From positions 333,684,001-333,748,000 of the forward strand of contig JBNRSN020000004.1 of NCBI GenBank assembly GCA_051313645.2: a stretch of DNA of 64,000 nucleotides, written 5' to 3'. Every line of letters begins with the position of its first letter. Position 1 is the first letter of the stretch. This document shows, in pieces, positions 61,051 to 64,000 of the stretch. The notes below the pieces were generated by a model, which did no database searches, was not told the DNA's origin, and saw nothing but the letters and a program-made list of their open reading frames with translations. The position numbers were made by a program, and so were the translations under genes. This DNA is from Centroscyllium fabricii (taxonomy: Eukaryota).

Positions 61051-64000
61051 ATGGAGTCGTACTGGTGAGTCGAACTCCTACAAGACTCTCTCCCAATCCA
61101 CGACCCTTGTGCCAGGCCAGACTTCTTCTTCCCAGTGGATCCCAGACTCTCACCACCTTTATTGACTCTGGAGCGGACGTCAACATTATCGATGAAGATC
61201 TGGTCACACAGCTGGAAATTGACCGGGTGCCACTGCCACAGCCGGTTCCTGCCAACGCCCTAGACGGCCACCTCCTGGGAACGGTGACACATCAGTCCTC
61301 ACCGGTTCATATGCTTCTGTCTGGGAATCATCATGAAAGCATTCAATTTCATATCTTGAAATCACCTCGGCTTCCGTTAATTCTGGGACACACTTGGCTT
61401 CGCCGCCACAACCCTCACATTGACTGGAACACGGGGGCTATTTTGGGGTGGAGTTCCTCCTGTCACCAGGTCTGTCTAAAACAGGCTACCGTCATCCGGC
61501 AGCCAGTAACACCTCTTCCCGCTTCAGATCTTTCAGTGGTCCCCACCGAATACCATGATTTTAGAGAGGTGTTCAGCAAGGCTAGAGCCACGTCGCTGCC
61601 TCCACATCGCCCCTATGACTGCGTCATTGATTTGCTGCCAGGTTCTTCCCCACCCAAGGGACGTCTGTATTCTTTGTCTGCACCTGAGAGGGAGGCCATG
61701 GAGACATACATCGGTGACTCTATGGCGGCGGGGATCATCCGTTCCTCTTCATCACCAGCTGGGGCTGGATTCTTTTTTGTGGGCAAGAAGGACGGGTCGC
61801 TGCGACCATGCATCGACTACAGGGGTCTTAATGACATTACGGTGAAGAACCGGTATCCTCTTCCTCTCATCTCTTCGGCTTTTGAGTTGCTACAGGGGGC
61901 GACCATCTTTACAAAGCTGGATCTTCGTAACGCTTATCATCTGGTCCGGATACGAGAGGGCGATGAATGGAAGACTGCTTTCAACACCCCCTCTGGACAT
62001 TATGAGTACCTCGTTATGCCGTTCGGGTTAACCAACGCCCCGGCGGTATTCCAGGCCTTGGTTAATGATGTTTTACGTGACATGCTGAATAGGGTTTTGT
62101 TTGTGTACATGGACGACATTCTAATCTTTTCCAAATCTCTTGAGGAGCATGTTCACCACGTCCAGACGGTCCAACAACGGCTCCTGGAGAACTCATTGTT
62201 CGTGAAGGCAGAGAAATGTGAATTTCATGTCACTACCGTCTCTTTCCTGGGGTACATCATTGCGCAGGGGAGCGTGCAGATGGATCCGGAGAAGGTGTCA
62301 GCTGTTGCGTCATGGCCTAGTCCTGAGACACGCAAACAACTACAGCGGTTTCTGGGATTCGCCAATTTTTATCGACGGTTCATTCGTAGCTACAGTATGG
62401 TAGCGGCTCCGTTATCGGCTCTTACCTCCTCAAGGGTGCCGTTCAAGTGGTCTCCTGCAGCGGAGGAGGCGTTTCGAGATCTCAGGTCCCGGTTCACTTC
62501 TACTCCCATTCTCCAGGTGCCTGATCCGGATCAGCAGTTCGTGGTAGAGGTGGACGCATCAGATGTTGGAGTAGGAGCTATTCTGTCTCAACATTCGGCT
62601 TCAGACCAAAAGCTACATCCCTGTGCCTATTTTTCCAAGCGCCTGTCCTCGGCTGAGATGAACTATGACATCGGGAACCGGGAGTTACTGGCGGTCAAAA
62701 TGGCATTGGAGGAGTGGCGCCATTGGCTAGAGGGGACCAAGCTGCCGTTCCTAGTATGGACTGACCACAAAAACCTGGAATATATTCGCACGGCCAAGAG
62801 GTTGAATTCACGACAGGCTAGGTGGTCTCTCTTTTTTACACGTTTCAACTTCACCCTCTCCTACAGGCCTGGTTCCCGCAACATCAAGCCTGATGCTCTG
62901 TCCCGCCAGTTCCAGAAGGAGGAGGGCCCAGCTCCTGGATCGGACCTTATCCTTCCAGCTCCTTGTCTTATTGCTGCGGTTACGTGGGAGATCGAGGAGA
63001 GAGTGAGATCAGCCGTGGGGGATCAGGCTGGACCCAGCGGTTGTCCTCCCGACCGTCTATTCGTCCCCACGAACCTTCGACCGGATGTTCTCCTATGGGC
63101 CCATGCTTCCAAGCTTTCCTGCCATCCGGGGGCTCAAAGGACCAAGGAAGTTATATTGCGGAGGTTCTGGTGGGATACTCTGGAGGAGGATACCCGGGAA
63201 TTTGTCAACGCCTGCTCGGTATGTAACCAACACAAGCCGTCTCATCGGGCCCCTGCTGGACTTCTGCAACCTCTGCCGATACCACATCGTCCTTGGTCCC
63301 ACATATCCTTGGACTTTGTTACCGGTCTGCCCTCATCCAAGGGACTAACCACGATCCTGACTGTGGTGGACCGATTCAGTAAGATGGCCCACTTCATACC
63401 TCTGACTAAACTGCCCAGCGAAGGAAACAGCTGAACTCATGCTACAACATGTTTTCCGGCTTCATGGGCTTCCTTTAGACGTAGTCTCCGATCGGGGCCC
63501 TCAGTTTACATCGGTATTCTGGAGGGAGTTCTGCAGTCTGATCGGGGCCACAGTCAGTCTGTCGTCGGGGTTTCATCCACAGTCCAACGGGCAGTCAGAA
63601 CGGATGAATCAAGAGATGGAGAAGGCGCTCCGATGCATGGTCTCCCAGAATCCCTCTTCCTCGTCCCAGTTACTCCTGTGGGTAGAATACGCTCAACACT
63701 CTGACCAGTTCCGCCACCGGACTCTCCCCGTTCCAGTGCGCCTATGGATTCCAGCCTCCATTGTTTCCGGACCTGGAGAGGGAGGTTTCCTGTCCGTCCG
63801 TCCAGGCATTTATTCAGCGTTGTCGCCGAACATGGGACCAGGCTCGGACTTCGTTGCTTCGCTCGGCGGATCGATACTCGGCTGCTGCCAACCGTCGTCG
63901 TTCGGTGGCTCCTGAATATCAGGTTGGGCAGAAGGTGTGGCTCTCCACTAAGGACCTGCCTCTCCAAGTGGAGTCGAAGAAGCTTGCTCCCCGCTTTATC
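61020..64000 (+). pseudogene. pol: Sushi-like pol (PR-RT-RH-IN) in the -1 frame relative to gag; frameshifts near 63420 and 63695
   Basis: [62 protein letters not shown]. Confidence 0.9.

Larger units (their letters stand above)
59498..64000 (+). mobile_element. Sushi-like (Tf1/sushi chromovirus group) LTR retrotransposon inserted in Gypsy A; 5' LTR at 59498-60064
   Basis: LTR TGT...ACA, self-priming-type PBS GAACGATCTGGC, gag and pol; continues past the window edge. Confidence 0.92.

Noticed and set aside
60082-63434. PEG10/RTL-type domesticated gene
   Set aside because: It has an LTR, PBS and frameshifted integrase, and it is inserted inside another retrotransposon.

Overview
Repeat-dominated vertebrate DNA, almost certainly from a cartilaginous fish (shark-type CR1/HER1 LINEs, HE1-like V-SINEs, SacSINE1-like Deu-SINEs). 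Only one host gene is evident: the first two coding exons of a CEP72-like leucine-rich-repeat gene on the minus strand (exon 1 51251-51314, exon 2 23479-23606). Intron 1 is 27.6 kb and exon 3 was not found in the window. A ~6.3 kb satellite with higher-order structure begins about 100 bp upstream of its ATG. The rest is nested mobile DNA: two Gypsy/Metaviridae families, a full-length decayed PIF/Harbinger with transposase and Myb/SANT-like genes plus about eight Harbinger-type MITEs, Tigger/pogo-type and hAT MITEs, CR1 and Rex1/Babar LINEs, and Penelope-like elements. Best leads: (1) one Gypsy family has no tRNA primer-binding site; its 11-nt PBS is perfectly complementary to its own LTR poly(A) signal. 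(2) ~200-230 bp hairpin retroelements with 12-bp TSDs carry hammerhead ribozyme motifs, intact on both strands in the 30127-30354 copy. (3) MITEs carry NRF1/YY1 motif arrays or clusters of U1-complementary splice donors. Boundaries were read by eye and may be off by a few bases.
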